From NCBI GenBank assembly GCA_034659995.1, contig JAYEIH010000088.1, positions 1 through 46,724 of the forward strand: DNA of 46,724 nucleotides. The letters are read 5' to 3'. The notes beneath the pieces are model-generated. The model ran no database searches and had not been told where the DNA came from. It saw only the letters and a list, made by a program, of their open reading frames with translations. Below, in pieces: positions 20,730 to 29,727 of this stretch (position 1 is its first letter; every line of letters begins with the position of its first letter). Position numbers and translations under genes: made by a program. This DNA is from Methanobacteriota archaeon (GTDB lineage: Archaea > Methanobacteriota_B > Thermococci > Methanofastidiosales > B48-G16).

Positions 20730-21533
20730 ATGGAGATAATATTCGCGATAGTGATTATAGCATTTTTATTTGAGACTATGGACTCATCGGCAGGGATGGG
20801 ATTTGGAACTGGCTTGGCACCACTTCTATTTTTTATGGGGTATGAACCCCTTCAGGTAGTACCGATACTTCTCATCTCTGAGGCAATAACAGGGATTACG
20901 GCGGGGTGGTTTCATAATGAGTTTAGAAACGTTAATTTCTCCTTTAAACGTCCCCTGAATGATGCCACAAGAGTTATGTTAACAATTGCTGCTATTGGGT
21001 GCGTTGCAATATTTTTTTCTGTAATGCTTGCTTATTTTGCGATAGAATTTTCACAGGTTGTTATAAAAACTTATGTTGCCGTACTGGTACTTTTAATGGG
21101 ATTTATAGGTTTATTCAGGTTAAAAAAGAGAGATATGTCCAATGTAGTATCTTCTAAACATAGATCAACTATATTTAAACTATTTGCAGCATTAGCAGGC
21201 TTCAATAAAGGAATTGGTGGTGGAGGGTATGGTCCAGTAGTTACTATGGGACAGATCTTCGCAGGCATCTACGAAAAGAGTGCAACCGCCATTGTGTCCC
21301 TGGCCGAAGGGCTTGTATCAGTTGTTGGTGTGGCTTCATTTTTTTTGATAACAATGACTGAAACGTCTGTGGATTTAATGCTTCTACCATCCATATTCAC
21401 AGGTGGGTTTTTAGCAGCTGTCATATCACCGTACATGGTGAGAGTATTACCGAATAAAATCTGGAGAATTGTCATTCCCACATACGCCATTATCATGGGT
21501 GTACTTTGCCTTTTCAAAATATTTATGCTCTGA
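20730..21533 (+). CDS. Sulfite exporter TauE/SafE family
   Basis: DSSAGMGFGT and KGIGGGGYGP Gly-rich repeats; ~8 TM segments. Confidence 0.88.
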   Translation: MEIIFAIVIIAFLFETMDSSAGMGFGTGLAPLLFFMGYEPLQVVPILLISEAITGITAGWFHNEFRNVNFSFKRPLNDATRVMLTIAAIGCVAIFFSVMLAYFAIEFSQVVIKTYVAVLVLLMGFIGLFRLKKRDMSNVVSSKHRSTIFKLFAALAGFNKGIGGGGYGPVVTMGQIFAGIYEKSATAIVSLAEGLVSVVGVASFFLITMTETSVDLMLLPSIFTGGFLAAVISPYMVRVLPNKIWRIVIPTYAIIMGVLCLFKIFML

Positions 21534-21596
21534 TAACCGCAAAGTATATAAGTGTCCAATATAGAACCATTGCATACAGCCAACAGGGGTACAAAA

Positions 21597-21830
21597 ATGG
21601 TTCGAAAGAAAAAGCTAAATCCAAGCGGAGAAAGAGGCAAAGATGGAAAATACCACAATGTACATTTAAGTCTGAACGAAGATGAACTCAGGGCAGCAGG
21701 GCTTAATATTGGCGATGATGTTTTTGTTCGTGTTAGAGGAAATATAATACTAATAGAAAAGGCAGAAAACTGGCCACATCGGGAAGAGATAGAGATAAGG
21801 CGCGGGAATATGAATTCGAAGGAGAGGTAA
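21597..21830 (+). CDS. AbrB/MazE/SpoVT-like small DNA-binding protein
   Basis: LSLNEDELRAAGLNIGDDVFVRVRGNIILIEK swapped-hairpin pattern; TATA at ~21545; likely start ATG 21597. Confidence 0.6.
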   Translation: MVRKKKLNPSGERGKDGKYHNVHLSLNEDELRAAGLNIGDDVFVRVRGNIILIEKAENWPHREEIEIRRGNMNSKER

Positions 21831-21965
21831 CATATAACAACTCTATAGGCGCGTGCTATATTGTAAGAGATAGAAAAATTGATATAAAAAATGGGCTTTT
21901 CTATATTTAATCATTAAAATCCATAGAATATAAAAAATGTTAAAAAAATAAAAAGAATAAGAAAG

Positions 21966-23249
21966 TTAACACCAACCTCTTAATTTCATTGCTTTTACAA
22001 CGCTGTCTATTGCGACCATATAAGCAGCATTTCTCGTATACACCTTCTTCTCCTGAGCCATTTTGAGCACACAATGGAATGCATTTTTCATTTTTTCGTC
22101 CAGCTTCTGATTTACTTCTTCTTCACTCCAGTAAAAGTTCATGTTATTTTGGACGCCTTCAAAATATGAGCAGGTTACTCCTCCAGCATTACAGAGGAAA
22201 TCTGGAATCACAAAGATATCCGAATTATCTTTGAACACTGCATCAGCCTCAACAGTAGTCGGGCCGTTAGCTGCTTCAGCAAGAATTTTTACTTGAGGAC
22301 TGATCCTTTTCACGGTTTCTTCGGTTATTACTCCTTCTAAGGCCGCAGGAATAAGAATCTCCACATCTTTTGACAGCCATGCATCGCCATCTTCAATTTC
22401 GTATCCTTTTTCCTTCGCCTTTTTATTGTTAATGGTACCGTATTGGTCTGTGATTGCCTGTAGAAAGAGAGGATCGATGCCGTCATTCTTGCTTATTGTA
22501 TAAGATTTTTTGTCATTTCTGTTCCAGCAGGATACTGAAACAACTTTGCCACCAAGTTTTACAAAATTTATGGCTGCGTATTGAGCGACATTGCCAAATC
22601 CCATGATTGAAGCATGACATTTTGGGGTAAGCCCGAGGTGTTTAAGTGCCTCCCGTACTGTAACAATTACGCCAAATCCAGTTGCTGCTGTTCTTCCCAA
22701 TGAGCCACCTCCGCCCACAGGTTTGCCCGTGATGACACCGGGGTAAAACTTCCCTCTTAACTTTGCATATTCATCCATCATCCATCCCATCATCTGAGGG
22801 GTCGTTCCGACATCTGGAGCTGGAACATCTACCAAGGGTCCAATGTTTTTCCACATTTGATCTATCCATCCTCTACAAAGTCTCTCTTTTTCATCTTCTG
22901 AGAGCGTGGCTGGATCGACTATAATACCACCTTTACTACCTCCTAAGGGGATGTCTGCAACTGCACATTTCCATGTCATCCACATAGCAAGTGCCTTCAC
23001 AGTTTTAATTGTTTCATTAGCTGCGAAACGTATTCCTCCTTTTGCGGGTCCTCTTGCATCGTTGTGTTGAACTCTAAATCCACGGAAAGCTTTAATTGTG
23101 CCGTTATCCATCCTTAAGGGAATGTTAAAATGAAACTCCCTCAAAGGTTCTCTGAGAATCGCTCTGACGCCCTCTGAGAGCGATAGTTGATCTGCAACTT
23201 CACTAAACTGTGCTTGTGCCATCTTAAAGGGATTTGTTTTATCAGACAT
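21966..23249 (-). CDS. gdhA: Glutamate dehydrogenase (Glu/Leu/Phe/Val family)
   Basis: RGPAKGGIR, GGSKGG, DVPAPDV, GFGNV, EAANGP, PDFLCNAGGV; AGGTGA RBS before ATG 23249. Confidence 0.95.
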   Translation of the reverse strand: MSDKTNPFKMAQAQFSEVADQLSLSEGVRAILREPLREFHFNIPLRMDNGTIKAFRGFRVQHNDARGPAKGGIRFAANETIKTVKALAMWMTWKCAVADIPLGGSKGGIIVDPATLSEDEKERLCRGWIDQMWKNIGPLVDVPAPDVGTTPQMMGWMMDEYAKLRGKFYPGVITGKPVGGGGSLGRTAATGFGVIVTVREALKHLGLTPKCHASIMGFGNVAQYAAINFVKLGGKVVSVSCWNRNDKKSYTISKNDGIDPLFLQAITDQYGTINNKKAKEKGYEIEDGDAWLSKDVEILIPAALEGVITEETVKRISPQVKILAEAANGPTTVEADAVFKDNSDIFVIPDFLCNAGGVTCSYFEGVQNNMNFYWSEEEVNQKLDEKMKNAFHCVLKMAQEKKVYTRNAAYMVAIDSVVKAMKLRGWC

Positions 23250-23391
23250 AATATCACCTAAAATAGAACTCAAATGTTATAAATAAAAAGGTTCCGATCT
23301 GCACCTGTAATACAGTGTACCTACGATGAACTAAAATGAGCCAGGTCAAAGAGCTACCACCTCCTCGGCGAGCCCATTGAGTGAAACGAAA

Positions 23392-23463
23392 TGGACTCGG
23401 CGGGATTTGAACCCGCGGCTTCTGCCTTGCGAAGGCAGTGCTCTCCCACTGAACTACGAGCCC
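23392..23463 (-). tRNA. tRNA-Ala (anticodon CGC), intronless, CCA not encoded
   Basis: GGGCTCGTAGTTCAGTGGGAGAGCACTGCCTTCGCAAGGCAGAAGCCGCGGGTTCAAATCCCGCCGAGTCCA; full cloverleaf, G3:U70, A73. Confidence 0.96.
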
Positions 23464-23486
23464 GTAAAAAAAGAAAAACAAAAAAA

Positions 23487-24167
23487 TTAAATGATTATTT
23501 GTTCTATAGAGATGTATTTCAGCACTGTCAACGCCAGGTTCGACTTGTATATCGTTAGATTGCCATCCCTGTAGAGATCCATCACATTTTCAACAATAGG
23601 TCCCCTGTACTGCCCCTGATCGAGTTTGTCGTAGTAATAGTCAAACCATTCATTGAGAAGGTCTGCCCTGAAATCCCAGGCCTTCTGGTCCTGCTGCAGT
23701 TCTTTTGGTGGGTAGCTCTCTCCCACCACCCACTCAACGAGGGTATCTCTGTCCACATCCGTACCTCTGAACTCAATAGATGGATCAAGACTAAGCTTAT
23801 AGACAGCCTCTGTATTGGCTATCAGCATTCTATCAACAGTTCCATACACATCTACCACTGCATCGTAAAACCGTTTGAGGTTATTCAATGCGGGGAGCAC
23901 TTCAACGTTCACAGCTTCTCCTTCGCCCGTATCGGTGTCATAGATAGATGCGGCCTTCGCAACATCACCCTTTTCTACAACCATAAGAATTTTTTCGTCA
24001 TCTGCAATGTCTTTTAGTCCTCTCCAGACGCCTATCCCTATAAGAGTAAAGAGAAGTACAAGAACAATCAAAGCTATACCTACAACTCTTTTTAAGCTCC
24101 AGAATCCCTTCTCCTCCTCAAAATCATCCTTTTCTATCTCTTTTTTTTTGTTTTCTTCATCTTTCAT
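23487..24167 (-). CDS. Hypothetical single-pass membrane protein
   Basis: Charged N-terminus, one TM, soluble acidic domain; AGGTGA RBS. Confidence 0.75.
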   Translation of the reverse strand: MKDEENKKKEIEKDDFEEEKGFWSLKRVVGIALIVLVLLFTLIGIGVWRGLKDIADDEKILMVVEKGDVAKAASIYDTDTGEGEAVNVEVLPALNNLKRFYDAVVDVYGTVDRMLIANTEAVYKLSLDPSIEFRGTDVDRDTLVEWVVGESYPPKELQQDQKAWDFRADLLNEWFDYYYDKLDQGQYRGPIVENVMDLYRDGNLTIYKSNLALTVLKYISIEQIII

Positions 24168-24220
24168 ACCATCACCTTAGAGTTACTTCTTCTTTATGTT
24201 TATATATTTTTCCAATTCTG

Positions 24221-24604
24221 TTACTCGGAGAGGATCATCTGTATATAAACCTTCCTCTTCCTCGGTCCATCCTGTTCCATTAAAAAGATGCTTTGCCATC
24301 TGCCAAGCGAGAGCTCCCCGTTATTTACGGGAATTGTTACCCCGGTGTTGAAAAGCGATCTGAGATGAGAATGTGCATTGTTATCCACTTTATTATGGTT
24401 ATAATTTCCTTTTGGCGCCAGAGTTGCGTAAAACTGCAGAATGTCCTCTCGGAGCCCGGGTTCATCCTCATTGATCAGCAAAGAACAGGTAGTGTGAGGG
24501 GTAAATACAAGAACTGCTCCTCTCCCTGTTACCGCATCCTTCACCCTGTCGGTGATATTAATCAGAGTACATTCATTTTGAGTACTGACGGTAAAATGTT
24601 CCAT
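24221..24604 (-). CDS. yjbQ: YjbQ/UPF0047 family protein
   Basis: PHTTCSLLINE, NAHSHLRS, LGRWQSIFLMEQDGPR. Confidence 0.92.
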   Translation of the reverse strand: MEHFTVSTQNECTLINITDRVKDAVTGRGAVLVFTPHTTCSLLINEDEPGLREDILQFYATLAPKGNYNHNKVDNNAHSHLRSLFNTGVTIPVNNGELSLGRWQSIFLMEQDGPRKRKVYIQMILSE

Positions 24605-24689
24605 ATATGAATTGCACTTCTGGAATATAAATAAATATCCCTAAAAGATCCTCCAAAGGTTTTTTAATACCCTTGCTGAGAACGTTGCT

Positions 24690-25958
24690 ATGGACAAGAT
24701 TTTTATTACGGGCTTAAAGGCACGAGAAATTCTTGACTCACGAGGAAATCCTACAGTGGAATGTAATGTGAAAACAGAGTTGGGATCCGGAACAGCGCGA
24801 GTTCCTTCCGGAGCTTCAGTAGGGAAAAAAGAAGCCATTGAACTGAGGGATGGAGGAAAAAGATACCACGGAAAGGGAGTAAAAAGGGCCGTAAAAAACG
24901 TAAATGAAAAAATTGCATCTCTCCTTACTGGCGAAAACATACTTGATCAGAAAAAAATCGATACTGTAATGCTCGAGGCAGATGATACGGAGAATAAATC
25001 AAATTTGGGTGCCAATGCTATTCTGAGTGTATCCCTGGCATCCGCACGAGCAGCAGCTAACTCTCTCGGAATACCGCTCTATAAATACCTGAACCCCTGC
25101 AGCTCTCTTCTTCCGGTGCCATTGATGAATGTTATCAATGGCGGCGAGCACGCAGGGAACGCCCTGGAGTTCCAGGAGTTCATGATAATGCCAGTCAATC
25201 TTAACAGCTTCGGAGAAGGCCTCAGAGTAGGAAGCGAGGTCTATCACGAACTGAAAAAAGTTTTAAAGGAAAAATATGGAAAAAATGCGGTGAACATAGG
25301 GGATGAAGGAGGATTTGCTCCTCCAATGAAAAGTATAAAAGATCCCTTTGACACAATGCTGCAGGCCGTAGAAAACCTTGGTTATGAAGAAAAGATAAGG
25401 TTTGCCATCGATGCCGCTCCGTCTTATTTCTATAATAAAAAAACAAAAAAGTATACTCTTGGAGAAAAGGAATACACAACGATGGAGCTTCTTGAGCTGT
25501 ACAAAGAGCTTGTCTCGGAGTACGATATAGTATCAATAGAGGATCCCTTCTATGAGGACGATTGCAGAGGGTTCATAGCAATAACGGATGAGCTGGATCT
25601 CCAGATAGTGGGAGATGATATCTTCGTAACGAACCCCAAACTCCTCAAAGAGGGTATCGAAAAAGGAGCCTGTAATGCACTGCTGTTAAAGGTAAACCAG
25701 ATAGGAACGATAACGGAGTCCATAGAGGCTGCAGAGCTTGCCTTTAGGAATAAATATAAAGTCGTGGTCTCACACCGATCCGGAGAAACGTGTGACACGA
25801 GTATCGCAGATATAAGTGTGGCTCTTAAGACAGGACAGATAAAAACCGGAGCCCCCTGCAGAGGAGAAAGAGTTGCTAAGTATAACAGGTTGTTAAAAAT
25901 AGAAGAGGAAAATGAGTCTTCCGTCTATGCGGGAAAGAAACTCAGCTCTTTCCTGTAA
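24690..25958 (+). CDS. eno: Enolase
   Basis: DSRGNPTVE, VPSGAS, GDEGGFAP, LLKVNQIG, SHRSGET. Confidence 0.97.
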   Translation: MDKIFITGLKAREILDSRGNPTVECNVKTELGSGTARVPSGASVGKKEAIELRDGGKRYHGKGVKRAVKNVNEKIASLLTGENILDQKKIDTVMLEADDTENKSNLGANAILSVSLASARAAANSLGIPLYKYLNPCSSLLPVPLMNVINGGEHAGNALEFQEFMIMPVNLNSFGEGLRVGSEVYHELKKVLKEKYGKNAVNIGDEGGFAPPMKSIKDPFDTMLQAVENLGYEEKIRFAIDAAPSYFYNKKTKKYTLGEKEYTTMELLELYKELVSEYDIVSIEDPFYEDDCRGFIAITDELDLQIVGDDIFVTNPKLLKEGIEKGACNALLLKVNQIGTITESIEAAELAFRNKYKVVVSHRSGETCDTSIADISVALKTGQIKTGAPCRGERVAKYNRLLKIEEENESSVYAGKKLSSFL

Positions 25959-26208
25959 TTTCAACTAACTCCCTCAGTTTTTTATCGATTTTTTCTCCTT
26001 TCTTTGTCAACGTATACTTTTTAACTCTTCCTTCCCTCTTTGATTCCACAAGGCCTAATTTCTCAAAATTTTTAAGAGTGGAAACGACGTAGCTGTACAT
26101 ACAAAGAGCCTTATCTCTTATTTTTGTTGCATACTCTTCTTCCTTTACATGCAAGAATATCTTCATCCTCTTTTCTTTTAAAAAAAGTTTCAGCACCTTT
26201 TCATTCAT
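25942..26208 (-). CDS. Small winged-helix (MarR-like) DNA-binding protein
   Basis: LKNFEKLGLVESKREGRVKKYTLTKKG. Confidence 0.8.
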   Translation of the reverse strand: MNEKVLKLFLKEKRMKIFLHVKEEEYATKIRDKALCMYSYVVSTLKNFEKLGLVESKREGRVKKYTLTKKGEKIDKKLRELVEITGKS

Positions 26209-26288
26209 GTATCATTTTGTAAGGGTATCTTTAAATATCTTTTCATTCATCAGTTAGCTTTTTTAAATTTTTCATCATACGTACTTGT

Positions 26289-27446
26289 ATGCCCTCCAAT
26301 GTGACAAGTGAGTACCTCGTAGCGGAAGAAGCGTATAGAAAAGCAAAGAGCCCATCCGAGAAGATCAGTGCGTTGGAAAAAATGTACTCTACGATACCTA
26401 AACATAAGGGTACAGAGAAGATGCGGCTCCATATAAAAAAGAGACTTTCCAAGTACAAAGAGAAACTGGAAAAGACCAATGCCACCAAAAAAGGCGGAGG
26501 GCCAAGTTTTTCAGTGAAAAAGGAGGGAGCTGCACAGGTATCATTGGTAGGTCTTCCTAATACAGGAAAATCCTCTATTCTTAATGTTCTCACCCATGCA
26601 AACTCTGATGTTGCAGATTATCCTCTCACGACGACTTTACCAAACCCTGGAATGATGAAATACAAAGATATCCAAATTCAAATAGTTGATATGCCCCCTA
26701 TGATCAAGGGCGTTTCTATGGGTAAGGGGTTTGGGTTTCAGCTTATGGGCGCCATGAGAAGTACAGACTGCCTTGTTATGGTGGTGGACCTCAGTAAAGA
26801 TCCCGTAAAAGAGATGAAAACAATCCTCTATGAACTATACAGATCGGGGTTCAGAATTAACAAGAAAAAAGCGGAGATAGAAATAAAAAAGTACTCCTCC
26901 GGTGGATTGGAAATACGAGGAAAGAAGTATGTACCGGATGTGAGCGAGGTCAAAAAAATGCTTGTGGAACACAGAATATCCAATGCTATGGTCATCGTTA
27001 AGGAAAAAATAGATCTTGAAGAGTTCCTGGACTTCCTTGATAAAAACCTGGTATATATAAAAGCGTTTGTTGTTGGGAACAAAGGAGATCTGAAGGAAAG
27101 CAAAAAAAATCTGGAAAAATTCAAGAAAAACTATTCCAAGTTTGAGATCATACCTGTTTCCGCAGAAAAGGAGATAGGGATAGACAAGCTAAGAGAAAAA
27201 ATCTATGAAAAAGTTGATCTTATACGAGTATTTACAAAATCACCTGGCGACGATCCTGATTACCCCCCCATTGCAATGAAAAAAGGGACAATTGTTATGG
27301 AGGTGGCAAAAGAGGTCCACAAACAGTTTTACAGAAATTTCAGGTACGCAAAGATCTGGGGGGACTCTGTCAAGTACGACGGACAGCAGGCGGGTGCAGA
27401 CCACAAGGTAGAGGACGGCGATATTGTGGAAATTCATACAAAATAA
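26289..27446 (+). CDS. DRG/OBG family GTPase with TGS domain
   Basis: PKHKGTEK, GLPNTGKS, YPLTT, DMP, NKGD, SAE, C-terminal TGS (IWG.SVKY.GQ, DGDIVEIH). Confidence 0.92.
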   Translation: MPSNVTSEYLVAEEAYRKAKSPSEKISALEKMYSTIPKHKGTEKMRLHIKKRLSKYKEKLEKTNATKKGGGPSFSVKKEGAAQVSLVGLPNTGKSSILNVLTHANSDVADYPLTTTLPNPGMMKYKDIQIQIVDMPPMIKGVSMGKGFGFQLMGAMRSTDCLVMVVDLSKDPVKEMKTILYELYRSGFRINKKKAEIEIKKYSSGGLEIRGKKYVPDVSEVKKMLVEHRISNAMVIVKEKIDLEEFLDFLDKNLVYIKAFVVGNKGDLKESKKNLEKFKKNYSKFEIIPVSAEKEIGIDKLREKIYEKVDLIRVFTKSPGDDPDYPPIAMKKGTIVMEVAKEVHKQFYRNFRYAKIWGDSVKYDGQQAGADHKVEDGDIVEIHTK

Positions 27447-27458
27447 TGCCTTTCCCTC

Positions 27459-28580
27459 TCATTCCCTCATTACAAACATTATCAGGGCACCAGCCACGCT
27501 AAACAGAGGCAGGATAAGAAGCGCATTCCAGAGGAGTATTACGCCCGATATATACCCTATCATTATAGGTGCTGAGCCGCTCATCACCGCGGAGACTGTT
27601 CCGAAAACACCCAAGGCTCTGCTGTGCATATCCTCCGGAGCCAGATCAGCGATATATGCGAATATAGCTGGCCATACAATGGATAAAAACAATCCTGTGA
27701 TCATTGCAAAGAGATATAACAGGTAGGTGTTCTCAGTTCTCAAGAGAGGTACGAAAAAGATTGCTGTGAACATGAGCGAGATTGAGATAACCTTTTTGTG
27801 AGAAAACCTATCGGAAAGAGTGCCACCTATATACTGCCCAAATATCCCCATGCCAAAAAACACCGACAGAAGACCTCCGGAAAAACCTGAGCTGTATCCC
27901 ATCCTGACCAATCGTACCGGGAAGAATGTAGAAAAGCCTCGGCTACACATACCGGCTAATCCCAGTACAATCATGACGGTGATTGCTGCAGGGGTGATCA
28001 GTACGGAGAGTTTTCTTTTTGACCGTTTAAAGGATATATCCTTCACAGAAAAATAATATAACAAGCCTACCGCTACGCAAAGAACGGCGGTAATTCTCAG
28101 AGCAGGGCGCCATCCCCATAACTCTCCAACAAAACCGCTGTAGGCAGGAGCCAGCAGCAGCCCGATGGCTCCACCCGTGCCGTGGATACCGATAGCTCTT
28201 CCTCTTTCTGTCCTGAAATGTGTTGTGACAACGGAGATGCCTACAGGGTGATAAAAGGAGAGTCCAACACCCAGAATGGAAGCACCTCCAAGAATCCATA
28301 AGAAGGAATCACCAAGTGAGATTGAAGTAAGACCCGCAGCCACTAAAAAGAATCCGAGAGCAACCAGATCCTTCTTTTTTCTGATATAGTCAGAGATATA
28401 CCCTGTAAAAAACTGAAAAATACCTGCTACGATTATAAAAACTCCCCCTATAAGCCCTATCTGAGCATTAGAAAAGGAGAGTTCCTTAGCCATCAATGGA
28501 AGCAATGGCAGCAGGACGACCTCGCATCCATCGTCAATCAAATGGGCCAGAAAGGCCGTATAGAGGATCCTCTGTTTCAT
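27459..28580 (-). CDS. MFS transporter
   Basis: ~12 TM segments, GYISD / GTLSDRFS motif A, YHP, RGRAIG. Confidence 0.9.
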   Translation of the reverse strand: MKQRILYTAFLAHLIDDGCEVVLLPLLPLMAKELSFSNAQIGLIGGVFIIVAGIFQFFTGYISDYIRKKKDLVALGFFLVAAGLTSISLGDSFLWILGGASILGVGLSFYHPVGISVVTTHFRTERGRAIGIHGTGGAIGLLLAPAYSGFVGELWGWRPALRITAVLCVAVGLLYYFSVKDISFKRSKRKLSVLITPAAITVMIVLGLAGMCSRGFSTFFPVRLVRMGYSSGFSGGLLSVFFGMGIFGQYIGGTLSDRFSHKKVISISLMFTAIFFVPLLRTENTYLLYLFAMITGLFLSIVWPAIFAYIADLAPEDMHSRALGVFGTVSAVMSGSAPIMIGYISGVILLWNALLILPLFSVAGALIMFVMRE

Positions 28581-28584
28581 CAGT

Positions 28585-29727
28585 TCACCGAGGTAGAAAT
28601 GTATCTTTTACTTCTTTTAAAAGCTTAGTCTCCTCTATGATGTCAAGAGCGGTGAGAACCATGGCCTCTGCGCCGATGAGAATCGCTTCGTTGCCTTTTC
28701 CTGAGATCGCAGCCCTAGCAAACTCCTGAGAGTGGCCTCTCAGTTCCTCCTCAGTTATTCGTATAAAAGGATGAAGACTCGGAACGACGCAGCTCACATT
28801 GCCTATATCGCTGGAGCCTTGACCGCCGAACTCATCAGGTTCATCTATGGTAATGTCCATGGAACGAAGATGTTTTTCAAAAAGATCGGCAAGAACCTTG
28901 TTAGGATAGAACGCTTTGTATCCCTTTCCTTCTTCTATCGTCAGCTCAGCGCCTGTTGCGGTACTTGCACCCTTCGCGCAGTTCTTTACCTTTTTGAGGG
29001 TTTCCTCGAGATATTCATTATCCGTAGCCCTCACAAAAAAGTATGCTTCAGCGTATTTTGGCACGATATTCGGTGCATCACCGCCGTGGGTAATAATACC
29101 ATGAATTCTCACGTCCTCACGAAGATGCTGCCGCAGTGCATTTATGCTGTTGAACGTCTGTATAACACCATCGAGAGCATTTATCCCTTCTTCCGGAGAG
29201 GCAGCAGCATGGGACGGTTTTCCATAAAATTTAAATCGTAACTCTTTGATCGCCAGAAAATGCTCTGTAATAAGGGTTTTATTTCCCGGGTGTATCATTA
29301 GTGCAAGATCCACGTCATCAAAGACTCCTTTCTCTGCAAACAGCACCTTCGCACCCTCTGCTTCCTCTGCGGGGCATCCAATCACATACACAGTGGCATC
29401 AAGATTCTTTTTTTCGATGGCGCGTTTCAATGCCATACCTGCACCCAAAGCGGCGGCAGCAATGATATTATGTCCACAGCCGTGACCTACTCCCGGAAGT
29501 GCATCGTACTCTGCAAGAAATGCAATTTTTACCTTTCCCTCACCGTATTGTGCTTTGAAAGCAGTCTCAATATTGCAAATATCTTTTTTTACCTCGAATC
29601 CTTCTTTTTCAAGGGTTTCACTCAGCAGCTTTGAAGCTTTGTACTCCTCATACGCTGTCTCCGGATTCTCAAATATCTCCTTGCTCAGTTCGTAGAGCAT
29701 TGGTTTTAACTCATCTATTTCTTTCAT
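28585..29727 (-). CDS. M20 family amidohydrolase (PM20D2/AbgB-like)
   Basis: AEYDALP, HGCGHN, PAEE, HAAASPEEGINALD, GSSDIGNVS. Confidence 0.92.
   Translation of the reverse strand: MKEIDELKPMLYELSKEIFENPETAYEEYKASKLLSETLEKEGFEVKKDICNIETAFKAQYGEGKVKIAFLAEYDALPGVGHGCGHNIIAAAALGAGMALKRAIEKKNLDATVYVIGCPAEEAEGAKVLFAEKGVFDDVDLALMIHPGNKTLITEHFLAIKELRFKFYGKPSHAAASPEEGINALDGVIQTFNSINALRQHLREDVRIHGIITHGGDAPNIVPKYAEAYFFVRATDNEYLEETLKKVKNCAKGASTATGAELTIEEGKGYKAFYPNKVLADLFEKHLRSMDITIDEPDEFGGQGSSDIGNVSCVVPSLHPFIRITEEELRGHSQEFARAAISGKGNEAILIGAEAMVLTALDIIEETKLLKEVKDTFLPR

Noticed and set aside
20778-20810. ATGGACTC...GGGATTTGGAAC resembling the tRNA-Ala 3' end (possible att site bounding an island)
   Set aside because: Match is gapped, lies in the conserved MDSSAGMGFGT coding motif of the TauE-like gene, and no integrase is present
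23254-23481. 75-aa ORF
   Set aside because: Overlaps the tRNA-Ala gene; spurious
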